NCBI GenBank assembly: GCA_045535235.1
Contig: JAZSLG010000056.1
Location: 1 to 63,753 of the forward strand
Direction of reading: 5' to 3'
DNA length: 63,753 nucleotides
Origin: Candidatus Stercoripulliclostridium sp.
Lineage (GTDB): Bacteria > Bacillota > Clostridia > Christensenellales > DTU072
The notes beneath the pieces are model-generated. The model had not been told where the DNA came from, did no database searches, and was given only the letters and a program-made list of their open reading frames with translations. Both the position numbers and the translations under genes were made by a program. This document shows, one piece after another, positions 55,453-63,753 of this stretch. Within the stretch, counting starts at the first letter, position 1; each line of letters starts with the position of its first letter.

Positions 55453-56387
55453 CCAATCTTTATAATTATATCTCCAGTGTGCGTGGTTATTTTACATACG
55501 CCACCACTTGTCGTTTGAGGTACGTCAACCTTTCCGGTGGAAGTTCTAATGGCAAAAATCTTGTCACTAGTGAAAGAGCCTTTGACATCACCCGTGTCGA
55601 TAGTAATTTCCACCTCATTAACGTCCATTTTTGTAAAGTTCAAATCTCCTGTATCTATTACTGAGGTAAATTTATTATCAATCTTAGCGTTATCAACCTC
55701 TACGTCACCGGTATCGGATGTAATTGAAAGATTTTTACAAGTAATCAAATTTAATGATATATCACCGGTATCAACCTCTACTATTACGTCAGCGCCACAA
55801 GATAGCAAAGAGGCTTCAATTTCCCCGGTATCTCTTTTAATCGTTAGATTATTAGCGGTAACGACGTTTTCAAGCTCAACGTCACCTGTGTCGCCGGTAG
55901 AATTAAAAGTATCGAAAACACCGTTTTCAACTTCCAAATCGCCGGTGTCAACGGAACAATTAATGGTTTTTGCGCTAATGTTTTTTATATCAATATCTCC
56001 CGAGGTTGTTATTACGTCAACGGAAGTATATTCTTTTTCGGGCAAATAGACTGTTACAACAGTATTTCTATATCCAAAGAATACCTTTTTGTGGATTGCG
56101 GTTATTACTAGAGTATCGTTTTCTACATTTACTGAATGTTTATAATTATTACTTTCAAAACAAACTACTTTACACTCATCGTTATCTGCGGGAACAATTC
56201 TCACGTCTGTTCCTTTCACGTCGATAGCAATCTTACTAAAATGTTCCGACAACGCATATTCTCTATTTTCATACTTAAGATTATTCAAATCCCAGCCACT
56301 AACGGCAAATAATGCAATAAAAAGGCCTACCGCCAAAACGACGATGACAATAAATATTACAAGTAATATCTTTAGTAATTTAATCAT
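55449..56387 (-). CDS. DUF4097-type beta-repeat protein with N-terminal TM anchor (LiaG-like putative adhesin fold)
   Basis: 312 aa with an N-terminal TM helix followed by about ten iterations of a (D/S/H)TG(D/E/K)(I/V/L) motif at roughly 18-25 aa spacing (TSGDIDI, DTGDLEV, DTGDVEL, DTGEIEA, DTGDISL, DTGDVEV, DTGDLNF, DTGDVKG, STGKVDV, HTGDIII). Confidence 0.65.
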   Translation of the reverse strand: MIKLLKILLVIFIVIVVLAVGLFIALFAVSGWDLNNLKYENREYALSEHFSKIAIDVKGTDVRIVPADNDECKVVCFESNNYKHSVNVENDTLVITAIHKKVFFGYRNTVVTVYLPEKEYTSVDVITTSGDIDIKNISAKTINCSVDTGDLEVENGVFDTFNSTGDTGDVELENVVTANNLTIKRDTGEIEASLLSCGADVIVEVDTGDISLNLITCKNLSITSDTGDVEVDNAKIDNKFTSVIDTGDLNFTKMDVNEVEITIDTGDVKGSFTSDKIFAIRTSTGKVDVPQTTSGGVCKITTHTGDIIIKIG

Positions 56388-56410
56388 AAAGTCTCCTATA
56401 AACAGTAAAA

Positions 56411-57586
56411 CTAGTCTTCTACCGTAATTGTTTCAAATACAGTATCGTTTACGGCTTTTTCAATTAGCGCCTCAATATCAAGCCTATTTTCGTACTCTAT
56501 GGCATCTTGAAGCTTGGGTTTGATTACTGGATTTTTGGGTAAGAATACCGTGCAACAATCTTCGTAAGGACGAATAGAAATATCAAAAGTATCAATTTTG
56601 TTAGCAATATCGATGATTTCCGCCTTGTCGGAGCCAATCAAAGGTCTAAATACGGGAAGGGTTACAACGGAGTTGGTTACTTGAATACTTTGCATGGTTT
56701 GGCTCGCTACTTGTCCTAGTGCTTCGCCGGTTATGATGGCACCGCAATCGTTCTTAATAGCAACTCTTTCCGCAATACGCATCATAAATCTACGCATTAT
56801 GGTAATCATAAACTCCTCGGGGCAATGCTCGTGAATGGCATATTGAATTTCGGTAAAAGGAACAACTGCAAGTTTAATATCACCACAATATGCGGTAAGC
56901 TTCTTGGCTAAATCTTTTACTTTTTGTAAAGCAAGTTCGGAGGTGTAAGGGAAACTATGATAATGGATTGCAAAAATGCGCAAGCCCCGTTTTGCCATTA
57001 CATAACCAGCTACAGGGCTATCTATACCACCCGACAATAATAGCATTGCATTACCGGAGCATCCGGTGGGTAAGCCTTGCGCACCCATGATTTTATCATA
57101 AAACAAATATGAATATCCACTTTCACGCAAATCTACGAATAGTTCAAAATCGTAGTCAAAAAGGTCAACTTTTAGCCTACCGCCCGTCTTATTAAGCATA
57201 TAACCGCCTATTTTTGCGCCTAGTTCCATACTAGTCATGGGGAAGCGCTTGTCCGCACGTTTTACGGTTACTCTAAACGTACCTTCGGTAGGACTAATGG
57301 CGTGAGCGATTTTGCACATTTCTTCAACGTCGGTCTTTACTTTAACCGTAGGGCTAATGGAATGTATACCAAAGACTTTGGTTAGACGAGAAATAATTTC
57401 ATCCATATCTTCGGGAGCAAACTCTTCGATATAATATCTGCCCTGAGTCTTTGAAAAACGATAATTTAATCCATTCAAAGAGTTTTTAATGTTTTTAATA
57501 AGTAAACTTTCAAAATAATTACGATTGTTACCCTTCAAAAAGATTTCGCCAAATCTAATTAAAATACAATTATACTCAACTGCCAT
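56411..57586 (-). CDS. thiI: tRNA 4-thiouridine synthase ThiI
   Basis: N-terminal THUMP region and PP-loop LLLSGGIDSPVAGY. Adjacent to a cysteine desulfurase. Confidence 0.85.
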   Translation of the reverse strand: MAVEYNCILIRFGEIFLKGNNRNYFESLLIKNIKNSLNGLNYRFSKTQGRYYIEEFAPEDMDEIISRLTKVFGIHSISPTVKVKTDVEEMCKIAHAISPTEGTFRVTVKRADKRFPMTSMELGAKIGGYMLNKTGGRLKVDLFDYDFELFVDLRESGYSYLFYDKIMGAQGLPTGCSGNAMLLLSGGIDSPVAGYVMAKRGLRIFAIHYHSFPYTSELALQKVKDLAKKLTAYCGDIKLAVVPFTEIQYAIHEHCPEEFMITIMRRFMMRIAERVAIKNDCGAIITGEALGQVASQTMQSIQVTNSVVTLPVFRPLIGSDKAEIIDIANKIDTFDISIRPYEDCCTVFLPKNPVIKPKLQDAIEYENRLDIEALIEKAVNDTVFETITVED

Positions 57587-58703
57587 ATTTTTCTAACTCC
57601 TTATATACTTGGAGATATTCTTTAACAAATATTTCCGCCTCTTCCATAGTGTTATCAATAAAGAAACTTATTCTCGTTACGCCGTCTACGTACTTGCCTT
57701 GTAGTCCTAAAGCTTCGGCAATACGTGTGGAAGCCTTATTTGATGAGCAAGCGCTACCCGTACCTACCATTATTCCACGCCTTTCAAGAGCGTGTTGCAT
57801 AACCTCTCCGCGCACTCTTGGTACGGAAAAAGTTAAAATATATGGAGAACCTTCCAAAGGCGAAAGAAACTTAATCCCCTCTATATTCTTCAAATTATCG
57901 GCTATATAATTGCGAATTTCACTTAGTTTACGCTTTGTATCGGCAAGAGTTGCATATCTGTCAATAACGGCTTTTTCGTATGCCATAATTCCTGCGGTAT
58001 TCTCTGTTGAGGAGCGTAAACCGCCCTCTTGACCACCGCCAAATACGATGGGATTAACACTCACGCCCTTTGCTATATAAAGCGCACCTACGCCTTTTGG
58101 AGCGCCTATTTTGTGCGCGCTCATGGAATACAAATCGATACCGGCACCGCGTAAATTTACCTCGAGTTTACCAAAAGCTTGTACACCGTCGCTATGGAAA
58201 AGTGCTTTGGGACACTTGCTCTTTACAAGTTTACATAGACGTGCTATATCGTTAATGGCTCCGGTTTCATTGTTAACGTGTATTATGGAAACCAACGTGA
58301 CCGAAGGCGTTAAAAGTTTGATAAACTCTTCCTCATCTACTTTACCGTATCCGTCTACGGGAGCAAAAACCACGTCGAAGCCACGTGCTTTTAGTTCGTT
58401 TGCCGTTGCATAAATAGCAGCGTGTTCGGCGGAGGAAACAATAACCCTACCACCCTTTATTTTTTTTGAACCAAGTAAAGCGAGGTTATCGCTTTCAGTA
58501 CCGCCACCTGTAAACACAATTTTACCTTCACCACGTAGCTTTTTTAATATGTTTTGTCTTACACGCTCCATATCTTGCTTAATAGTAAGCGCATTATGGT
58601 AAAGTGCCGACGGATTAAAATACTCGTCGGTAAGGTATTTGTTAACTATCAGTACACTCTCTGGAGTGCATTTTGTCGTGCTAGCGTTATCAAAAAATAT
58701 CAT
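57576..58703 (-). CDS. iscS: Cysteine desulfurase (class V aminotransferase, NifS/IscS-like)
   Basis: PLP-Lys context SMSAHKIGAPKG and catalytic Cys loop GTGSACSS. Confidence 0.85.
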   Translation of the reverse strand: MIFFDNASTTKCTPESVLIVNKYLTDEYFNPSALYHNALTIKQDMERVRQNILKKLRGEGKIVFTGGGTESDNLALLGSKKIKGGRVIVSSAEHAAIYATANELKARGFDVVFAPVDGYGKVDEEEFIKLLTPSVTLVSIIHVNNETGAINDIARLCKLVKSKCPKALFHSDGVQAFGKLEVNLRGAGIDLYSMSAHKIGAPKGVGALYIAKGVSVNPIVFGGGQEGGLRSSTENTAGIMAYEKAVIDRYATLADTKRKLSEIRNYIADNLKNIEGIKFLSPLEGSPYILTFSVPRVRGEVMQHALERRGIMVGTGSACSSNKASTRIAEALGLQGKYVDGVTRISFFIDNTMEEAEIFVKEYLQVYKELEKYGS

Positions 58704-61048
58704 CTCTTTAATTTTACTATGGTTACACCGCGTTCACCCTCTCCGTATATTCCGTCACGATACTCTTTAACTGCGCTATGTTTTTTAAGACAATTTCTTA
58801 CTACTTCACGCAATTTTCCAGTACCATAACCGTGAACGATACGTACTTCGTTTACTCCTGCAAGCAAAGCTTTGTCAAGATATGCTTCTAAAGCGTGTAA
58901 AGCTTCGTCGGAACGCATACCTAGTAGCATTAACTCGGGACTAAACGCCTCGTTACGTAACGTATGGGTTGTTGGCGCAACTTCCTTCTTGATTTCTTTT
59001 TTTCGACCTTTAAGCTTTTGGAGTGCGTCAAGCTTAAAGTTACTGTTCATTTTACCCAGTCTTACGACCACGTTATTTTTGTTTATTTCTTTAACTTCGC
59101 CCTCAACCTTGAGTGCTTTTACCAAAACGATATCTCCAACCTTTATTTCACTATCGTCTTCTTCACCAAAACCTTCAAATTCGTTATCTTCTAAAACAAT
59201 ATATTTTTCCAAAGATTTGCGTAGCTTTCTCGCTTTGAAGAGGTTTTGTTCTGTTGGCTCTTCTAAAATATCGCGAAGGGTTTTTATTATCTCGTTGGCT
59301 TCTTCCATGGCGTCTTCAACCAGACGTTTGGTTTCCTTCCTAACGTTTTCGTTTAATCTTTCGCGTTGTATATATAGCCTATCACGTTCACGCTCTACCG
59401 CCTTTTGTGTTTCTTCCGCTTGTTTCAGCGCCAGTGCGGTTCTTTCTTCATTTTCAAGAGCATTTCTTCTTGCGATTTCCAAGGCTTGTAATACGTTTTC
59501 AAATTCCAGTTTGCCGTCTTGTATACCGGCTTGCGCTTTATCGATTATACATTCTTTTAGGCCAAGTTTCCTTGCAATCAAAAGAGCGTTTGAAGCACCG
59601 GGTGTACCAACAATAAGTTTATAAGTAGGATTATAGGTAATTGGATTAAAGTCCATAGAGGCGTTTTCACACCTTTCTGTTACTACTGCGTATTCTTTTA
59701 GCTCGTTATAGTGAGTGGTAATAATCGCTTTAGCTCCACTATCCTTAATATAGGTTGATATGCTCATAGCAAGGCTCGCACCCTCGGTCGGGTCAGTACC
59801 CGCACCTAGCTCGTCGAGAAGAACTAAGGAATTTTCACTCAAATTATCTATAATTCTAACTATGTTAGCAATGTGTGAGGAGAAAGTAGAAAGATTTTGC
59901 TCTATACTTTGCTCGTCACCAATATCGCAAAATACTTCGTCAAACAAAGCAAGTTCCGCCACTCTTGCAGGAACGTAAAGTCCACTTGCCCCCATTATCG
60001 TAAGCAAACCGACAAGTTTTAACGATACCGTTTTACCACCGGTATTTGGACCGGTAATAAATAAAATATCAAAATCGTCGCCTACCCTAATATCGGTGGG
60101 AACAACTTTATCTTTATCGATTAACGGATGTCTACCGCGTTCTATTTTTATTATTCCTTTTTCGTTAACGGTGGGACGTACGGAACGGGTAGCGTTAGCG
60201 TAATAAGCCTTTGCAAAAATAACGTCGAGACGAACTATTTTTTCAAAGCTTTCCTTAATTTGATCTACAGACGTAGATACCCTAACGGTAAACTTTCTTA
60301 ATATTCTTTCGATTTCCGCTTGTTCTTCTAAGATATGGGTTTTAAGAACGTTGTTAAGCTCAACGACTGCCATTGGCTCAACGTAGATGGTCTGCCCGGA
60401 AGCACTTTGGTCGTGAATAAGTCCGGGGATTGCACTCTTACATTCTGCCCGTACCGGAATAACGTAACGGTCACCTCTAACGGTAACTATGTTGTCTTGT
60501 AAATACTTGGAATAGGTTGGACTGGTAAGATAACTATATAGTTTCGATTTGATTTGTTCTCCGGTCTTTTTAATACGGATTCTAATAGCACGAAGCTCGT
60601 CGGACGCCCTATCGTGCATCTCGGTATCGGAAATAATGGCGTTATCAATGTCCTCTTCCAAGTCTTTATCTGTATAAATGGAATTGGCAAGGCCTTTTAT
60701 CAATTTAAGGTTATCGTCGGGAACCTTTGCAATAGTTGATTTTACGCTTCTTGCAACGCGAAGCATGCGTGATACTCTAAGCAGTTCACCCATAGTAAGC
60801 ACGCTCATAACGGAAGCTTTTTCCAATACGAAATCTATGTTATCAAAGGCAAAGCTCAAATTAGTTGCGTATTCAAAAGCAATTTTATCAGCTTCATACA
60901 CTTCTTCCAATAATTCGTTAACGTAGGAAAGCTCCCGCATGGGGCGTATATCTCTTACCGCCTCGCGGGCAGGCTCGGAACTTGCGTAAGATGCAACCGA
61001 GTCCAATATCTTATGAAATTCCAAAGCCTTTAGCGTTTTTTCTTGCAT
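58700..61048 (-). CDS. mutS2: Endonuclease MutS2 (MutS domain plus C-terminal Smr)
   Basis: 782 aa with Walker A GPNTGGKTVSLK, DELGAGTDP and a C-terminal Smr domain (VRIVHGYGTGKLR). Confidence 0.9.
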   Translation of the reverse strand: MQEKTLKALEFHKILDSVASYASSEPAREAVRDIRPMRELSYVNELLEEVYEADKIAFEYATNLSFAFDNIDFVLEKASVMSVLTMGELLRVSRMLRVARSVKSTIAKVPDDNLKLIKGLANSIYTDKDLEEDIDNAIISDTEMHDRASDELRAIRIRIKKTGEQIKSKLYSYLTSPTYSKYLQDNIVTVRGDRYVIPVRAECKSAIPGLIHDQSASGQTIYVEPMAVVELNNVLKTHILEEQAEIERILRKFTVRVSTSVDQIKESFEKIVRLDVIFAKAYYANATRSVRPTVNEKGIIKIERGRHPLIDKDKVVPTDIRVGDDFDILFITGPNTGGKTVSLKLVGLLTIMGASGLYVPARVAELALFDEVFCDIGDEQSIEQNLSTFSSHIANIVRIIDNLSENSLVLLDELGAGTDPTEGASLAMSISTYIKDSGAKAIITTHYNELKEYAVVTERCENASMDFNPITYNPTYKLIVGTPGASNALLIARKLGLKECIIDKAQAGIQDGKLEFENVLQALEIARRNALENEERTALALKQAEETQKAVERERDRLYIQRERLNENVRKETKRLVEDAMEEANEIIKTLRDILEEPTEQNLFKARKLRKSLEKYIVLEDNEFEGFGEEDDSEIKVGDIVLVKALKVEGEVKEINKNNVVVRLGKMNSNFKLDALQKLKGRKKEIKKEVAPTTHTLRNEAFSPELMLLGMRSDEALHALEAYLDKALLAGVNEVRIVHGYGTGKLREVVRNCLKKHSAVKEYRDGIYGEGERGVTIVKLKR

Positions 61049-63453
61049 TATCTTAATTCAATTCCTAATTTTTCTTTGAGTGCGGAGAGTACGTTTTCAA
61101 TTTCCTTGTTAACGTCGCCGTCTTTAAGCGTTCTGTCCTTAGATTGGAAGGTAAGTTTAACGGCAATACTCATCTTACCCATTTTGGTAAGTGCTTCGCC
61201 CTTATATACGTCGAATATCTTACTATCGATTAGTAACTCGGAACCAGCTTCGTTAATGGTGTCAAGTAAAGTATCGGCCTCAAGAGAAAGGTCGCAAACG
61301 AGAGCAAGGTCACGTTCCATAGCCGGGAACTTGGAAACTACCTTAAAGTAGGAGAACACTCTTGCATTGTCCTCTATATATTCTTCATCTATTTCGGCAA
61401 TATACAAGCGCTTATCAACGTCGTATTCTTTGGCAACGTCATATTTAACTTCACCCATATAGCCAACTACCTTTCCATCGGCAGTTACTATTTCCGCAGT
61501 ACGATAAGGATGCATATAAGCAATATCCGTAGCTCTAAATCTAACGTCAATACGTAAAATGTCGAATAAATCTTCTATTACGCTCTTGAAGCTATAAAAA
61601 TCTTCCTTGTCGCCGTATGCACCTAAACAGAGTTTATTTTCCTCGAGAGGCAAACGAGTTAAAGGTAATTCGTAAGGAATATAGGTTTTAGCTATTTCAA
61701 AGAATCTACCCTTTTTGTTTCCGCGTAGAACGTTAGTTGCCATGGTCTTAATCATACTATGGGCTAGAGTAGTTCTCATTACGCTGTAATCTTCCCCAAG
61801 AGGTGAAAGAAGTTTTACGTTACGACGAAGAATGGAATCTTCTTCAAGGTGTAACATGTCCCAAGCCTTGGGGCTAACGAAGGAATAAGTACAAATTTCG
61901 TAAGCACCCTTTCCTACGAGGAAGTTCTTAATCTTATCGGCACATTCTTGCTTTTTGGTCTTACCACCGGCAGTCATTTCGGCATCGGGCATAAGCGAGG
62001 TTTGTATTGCATCGTAACCGTACATACGAATTACTTCTTCCGCAATATCGTTTACACCAACTATATCTTCACGATAACCGGGAATAACGGTGTGAAGCTT
62101 GTCGCCATCTACGGTTGTAGTTAAGGTGAGAGAATTTAGAATGTCCACCATGCGCTCTTGAGGAACGGATATACCTAAAATGCGATTTACGTCGTTAGCG
62201 GTAAAATCGATTTCCAAGGTCTTTGCAGGAACGGGATAATTATCTACCGTACCGCTAACAAGTTTACCCCAACCGTTGTTAACTATCATACCAATAGCTT
62301 TTCTTAGACCGTATTCTTGGGAAATAAAATCTATACCCTTTTCAAATCTTGCACTACTGTCGGAACGAAGTCCCAAAGTGCGCGAAGTACGTCTAATATT
62401 GTCACGAGCAAATCTTGCACTTTCTAAAATTATTACGCTCGTATCGTCAAAAATAGAGTATTCTTTGCCACCCATAACACCTGCAATAGCCATGGGCTCA
62501 ACGGCGTTACAAATTGCAAGATTATCATTATTAAGAGTGTAAGTCTTGTCATCAAGAGCGACTATCTTTTCGCCTTCTTTTGCCCTTCTTACAACGATTT
62601 TGCCACCTTTGATGGTACGAAGGTCGAAAGCATGCATGGGTTGACCTACCTCAAGAAGAACGTAGTTGGTAACGTCAACTATATTATTTATGGGACGAAG
62701 ACCGCTGGATTTTAGTCTTCTCTTAATATATTCGGGAGACTCGGTAATTACTACGTCGGTAAGCATTGCTGCAAGATATCTTGGGCAAAGGTCGGTAGCT
62801 TCGTTTATTACTTCCAAATGTGCGTCAATATCGTTACCAACGGGAATTTCCGCGTAATCGGAAGGCATTTTTAACTCCTGCGAAGTAACTGCCGCTACTT
62901 CCCTAGCAATACCCAAAATACTATTAGCATCGGTACGATTTGCCGTAATACCTACGTCCAAAATAACGTCGTCGGTACCCATAACTTCGTTGATATCCTT
63001 ACCAATGGGAGTGCCGTCCAAAAGCTTTAGAACTTTATCTTCACCTGCGCCTTTATAGTCTGCTTCGGTGAGGTTAAGCTCACTACCACCACAAAACATA
63101 CCGTCACTATGTACGCCACGTAATGCGCCGGACTTAATCTCCATTCCGCTAAAGAGCTTAGCACCGTCAAGTGCAACGGGAACTATATCACCTACTTGTA
63201 TCCAACGATTGTTAGTAACGATTTGACGTTCTATACCATCTTCCAAATCAATTTTGCAAACTATAAGTTTATCTGCGTTGGGGTGTTGCTCTACAGCAAT
63301 AACTTTACAAGTCTTAACTCCTTTTACTAAATCGGCTTGATTAATAACCGCTTCGATTTCAAAACCACAAGAAACGAGCTTGTCAGCAAGTTCGGGAATA
63401 GAAATATTATCAATATTAACAAAATCTTTTAACCATTTTACGGGAACTAACAT
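61048..63453 (-). CDS. pheT: Phenylalanine-tRNA ligase beta subunit
   Basis: 801 aa with MLVPVKWLKDFV start, a tRNA-binding OB domain and B3/4 and B5 regions. Located downstream of the pheS 3' end. Confidence 0.9.
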   Translation of the reverse strand: MLVPVKWLKDFVNIDNISIPELADKLVSCGFEIEAVINQADLVKGVKTCKVIAVEQHPNADKLIVCKIDLEDGIERQIVTNNRWIQVGDIVPVALDGAKLFSGMEIKSGALRGVHSDGMFCGGSELNLTEADYKGAGEDKVLKLLDGTPIGKDINEVMGTDDVILDVGITANRTDANSILGIAREVAAVTSQELKMPSDYAEIPVGNDIDAHLEVINEATDLCPRYLAAMLTDVVITESPEYIKRRLKSSGLRPINNIVDVTNYVLLEVGQPMHAFDLRTIKGGKIVVRRAKEGEKIVALDDKTYTLNNDNLAICNAVEPMAIAGVMGGKEYSIFDDTSVIILESARFARDNIRRTSRTLGLRSDSSARFEKGIDFISQEYGLRKAIGMIVNNGWGKLVSGTVDNYPVPAKTLEIDFTANDVNRILGISVPQERMVDILNSLTLTTTVDGDKLHTVIPGYREDIVGVNDIAEEVIRMYGYDAIQTSLMPDAEMTAGGKTKKQECADKIKNFLVGKGAYEICTYSFVSPKAWDMLHLEEDSILRRNVKLLSPLGEDYSVMRTTLAHSMIKTMATNVLRGNKKGRFFEIAKTYIPYELPLTRLPLEENKLCLGAYGDKEDFYSFKSVIEDLFDILRIDVRFRATDIAYMHPYRTAEIVTADGKVVGYMGEVKYDVAKEYDVDKRLYIAEIDEEYIEDNARVFSYFKVVSKFPAMERDLALVCDLSLEADTLLDTINEAGSELLIDSKIFDVYKGEALTKMGKMSIAVKLTFQSKDRTLKDGDVNKEIENVLSALKEKLGIELR

Positions 63454-63465
63454 TGCTCTAATCTC

Positions 63466-63576
63466 CTATTTGAATTGTTTTGAATAACGAACGTCATTGT
63501 CAAATAGCAAACGCATGTCGGGTATGGAATACTTAATCATGGTTGCTCTTTCAACACCTACGCCAAAGGCGTACTG
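63466..63576 (-). CDS. pheS: Phenylalanine-tRNA ligase alpha subunit, extreme C-terminal ~36 codons only
   Basis: [35 protein letters not shown] matches the PheS C-terminus (compare the E. coli ending [35 protein letters not shown]). Upstream of about 63576 the frame stays open but PheS similarity is lost. Confidence 0.6.
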   Translation of the reverse strand, partial: QYAFGVGVERATMIKYSIPDMRLLFDNDVRYSKQFK

Positions 63577-63753
63577 GGTGAGGCTGAAGCCGAGAGATAC
63601 CTGTGCCAGGCAGGGATGAGCGTTCTTGCAAGGCGTTACCGTTCCTCCTATGGCGAAATCGACCTCATAATGCTGGATGGCGATACGCTTGCTTTCATCG
63701 AGGTCAAGGCCCGCACACAGCATACGCTCGTTCAGGCCGCCCTGGCCGTAACG
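63565..63753 (+). other. GC-rich fragment encoding a YraN/UPF0102-family endonuclease-like peptide (no start codon, runs off window)
   Basis: My plus-strand translation is [69 protein letters not shown]...G...LARxxR...GEIDLI......L.F(I/V)EVK.R is the hallmark YraN pattern. G+C is 34/60 and 33/60 in lines 63601-63720, versus 17/60 in line 63421-63480. Confidence 0.55.

Noticed and set aside
55537-56049. 170-aa plus-strand ORF with repeated SPVS motifs
   Set aside because: It is the mirror image of the xTGD repeats of the DUF4097 gene on the minus strand (GTC-ACC-GGT read backwards). The minus-strand gene has the TM anchor and coherent repeats.
58872-59624. 250-aa Ser-rich plus-strand ORF antisense to mutS2, and similar ORFs antisense to mutS, mutL, recN, pheT and spoIIIAG
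   Set aside because: These are low-complexity shadow ORFs opposite well-supported conserved genes.
63466-63723. Track ORF of 85 aa treated as a single pheS C-terminal gene
   Set aside because: Only the last ~36 residues resemble PheS. The rest is an open frame through GC-rich DNA whose opposite strand encodes a YraN-like peptide. I split it into two features instead.
1-63753. CRISPR arrays, rRNA genes, IS elements, toxin-antitoxin pairs and known defence-system gene sets
   Set aside because: I saw no regularly spaced direct repeats, no transposase or Cas-like ORFs in the track, and no small paired ORFs of TA type. The only tandem or dispersed repeats found are the heptamer triplet and the 15-mer set reported above.

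Overview
Chromosomal core segment of a low-GC, endospore-forming Firmicute with Clostridia-like gene order, about 60 tightly packed genes. Left to right: htrA-like protease (partial), spoIIAA-spoIIAB-sigF, spoVAC/D/E, an M24 aminopeptidase, efp, spoIIIAA-AH, asp23, nusB, xseA, xseB, a large non-coding RNA, a 4-TM protein, tlyA, nadK, argR, recN, spoIVB, a membrane protein, a D-Ala-D-Ala carboxypeptidase, an M50 protease, scpA/scpB, a 2733-aa surface protein, a second carboxypeptidase, rluB, surE, a flavoprotein, cmk, an ispH-S1 fusion, tRNA-Trp, proC and rnhA. A minus-strand block follows: a membrane-anchored PadR regulator, lexA, a tyrosine recombinase, ynbB-like, miaA, mutL, mutS, miaB. Then come PBP1A, a DUF4097 protein, thiI, a cysteine desulfurase, mutS2, pheT and the pheS 3' end. 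The most notable observations are: (1) A ~590-nt GC-enriched, ORF-free segment with its own sigma-A promoter and a closing helix lies between xseB and a 4-TM protein, in the synteny described for OLE RNA and OapA. (2) A ~770-bp ORF-free AT-rich gap beside the recombinase holds four copies of a 15-mer, two of them forming a 36-bp palindrome. (3) A 28-bp palindrome overlaps the predicted lexA -35 box. (4) A PadR regulator is fused to a long acidic linker and four TM helices. (5) About 180 nt before the window end, pheS similarity stops and a GC-rich YraN-like fragment appears on the opposite strand, probably an assembly chimera. No CRISPR array, prophage, IS element or rRNA was seen.
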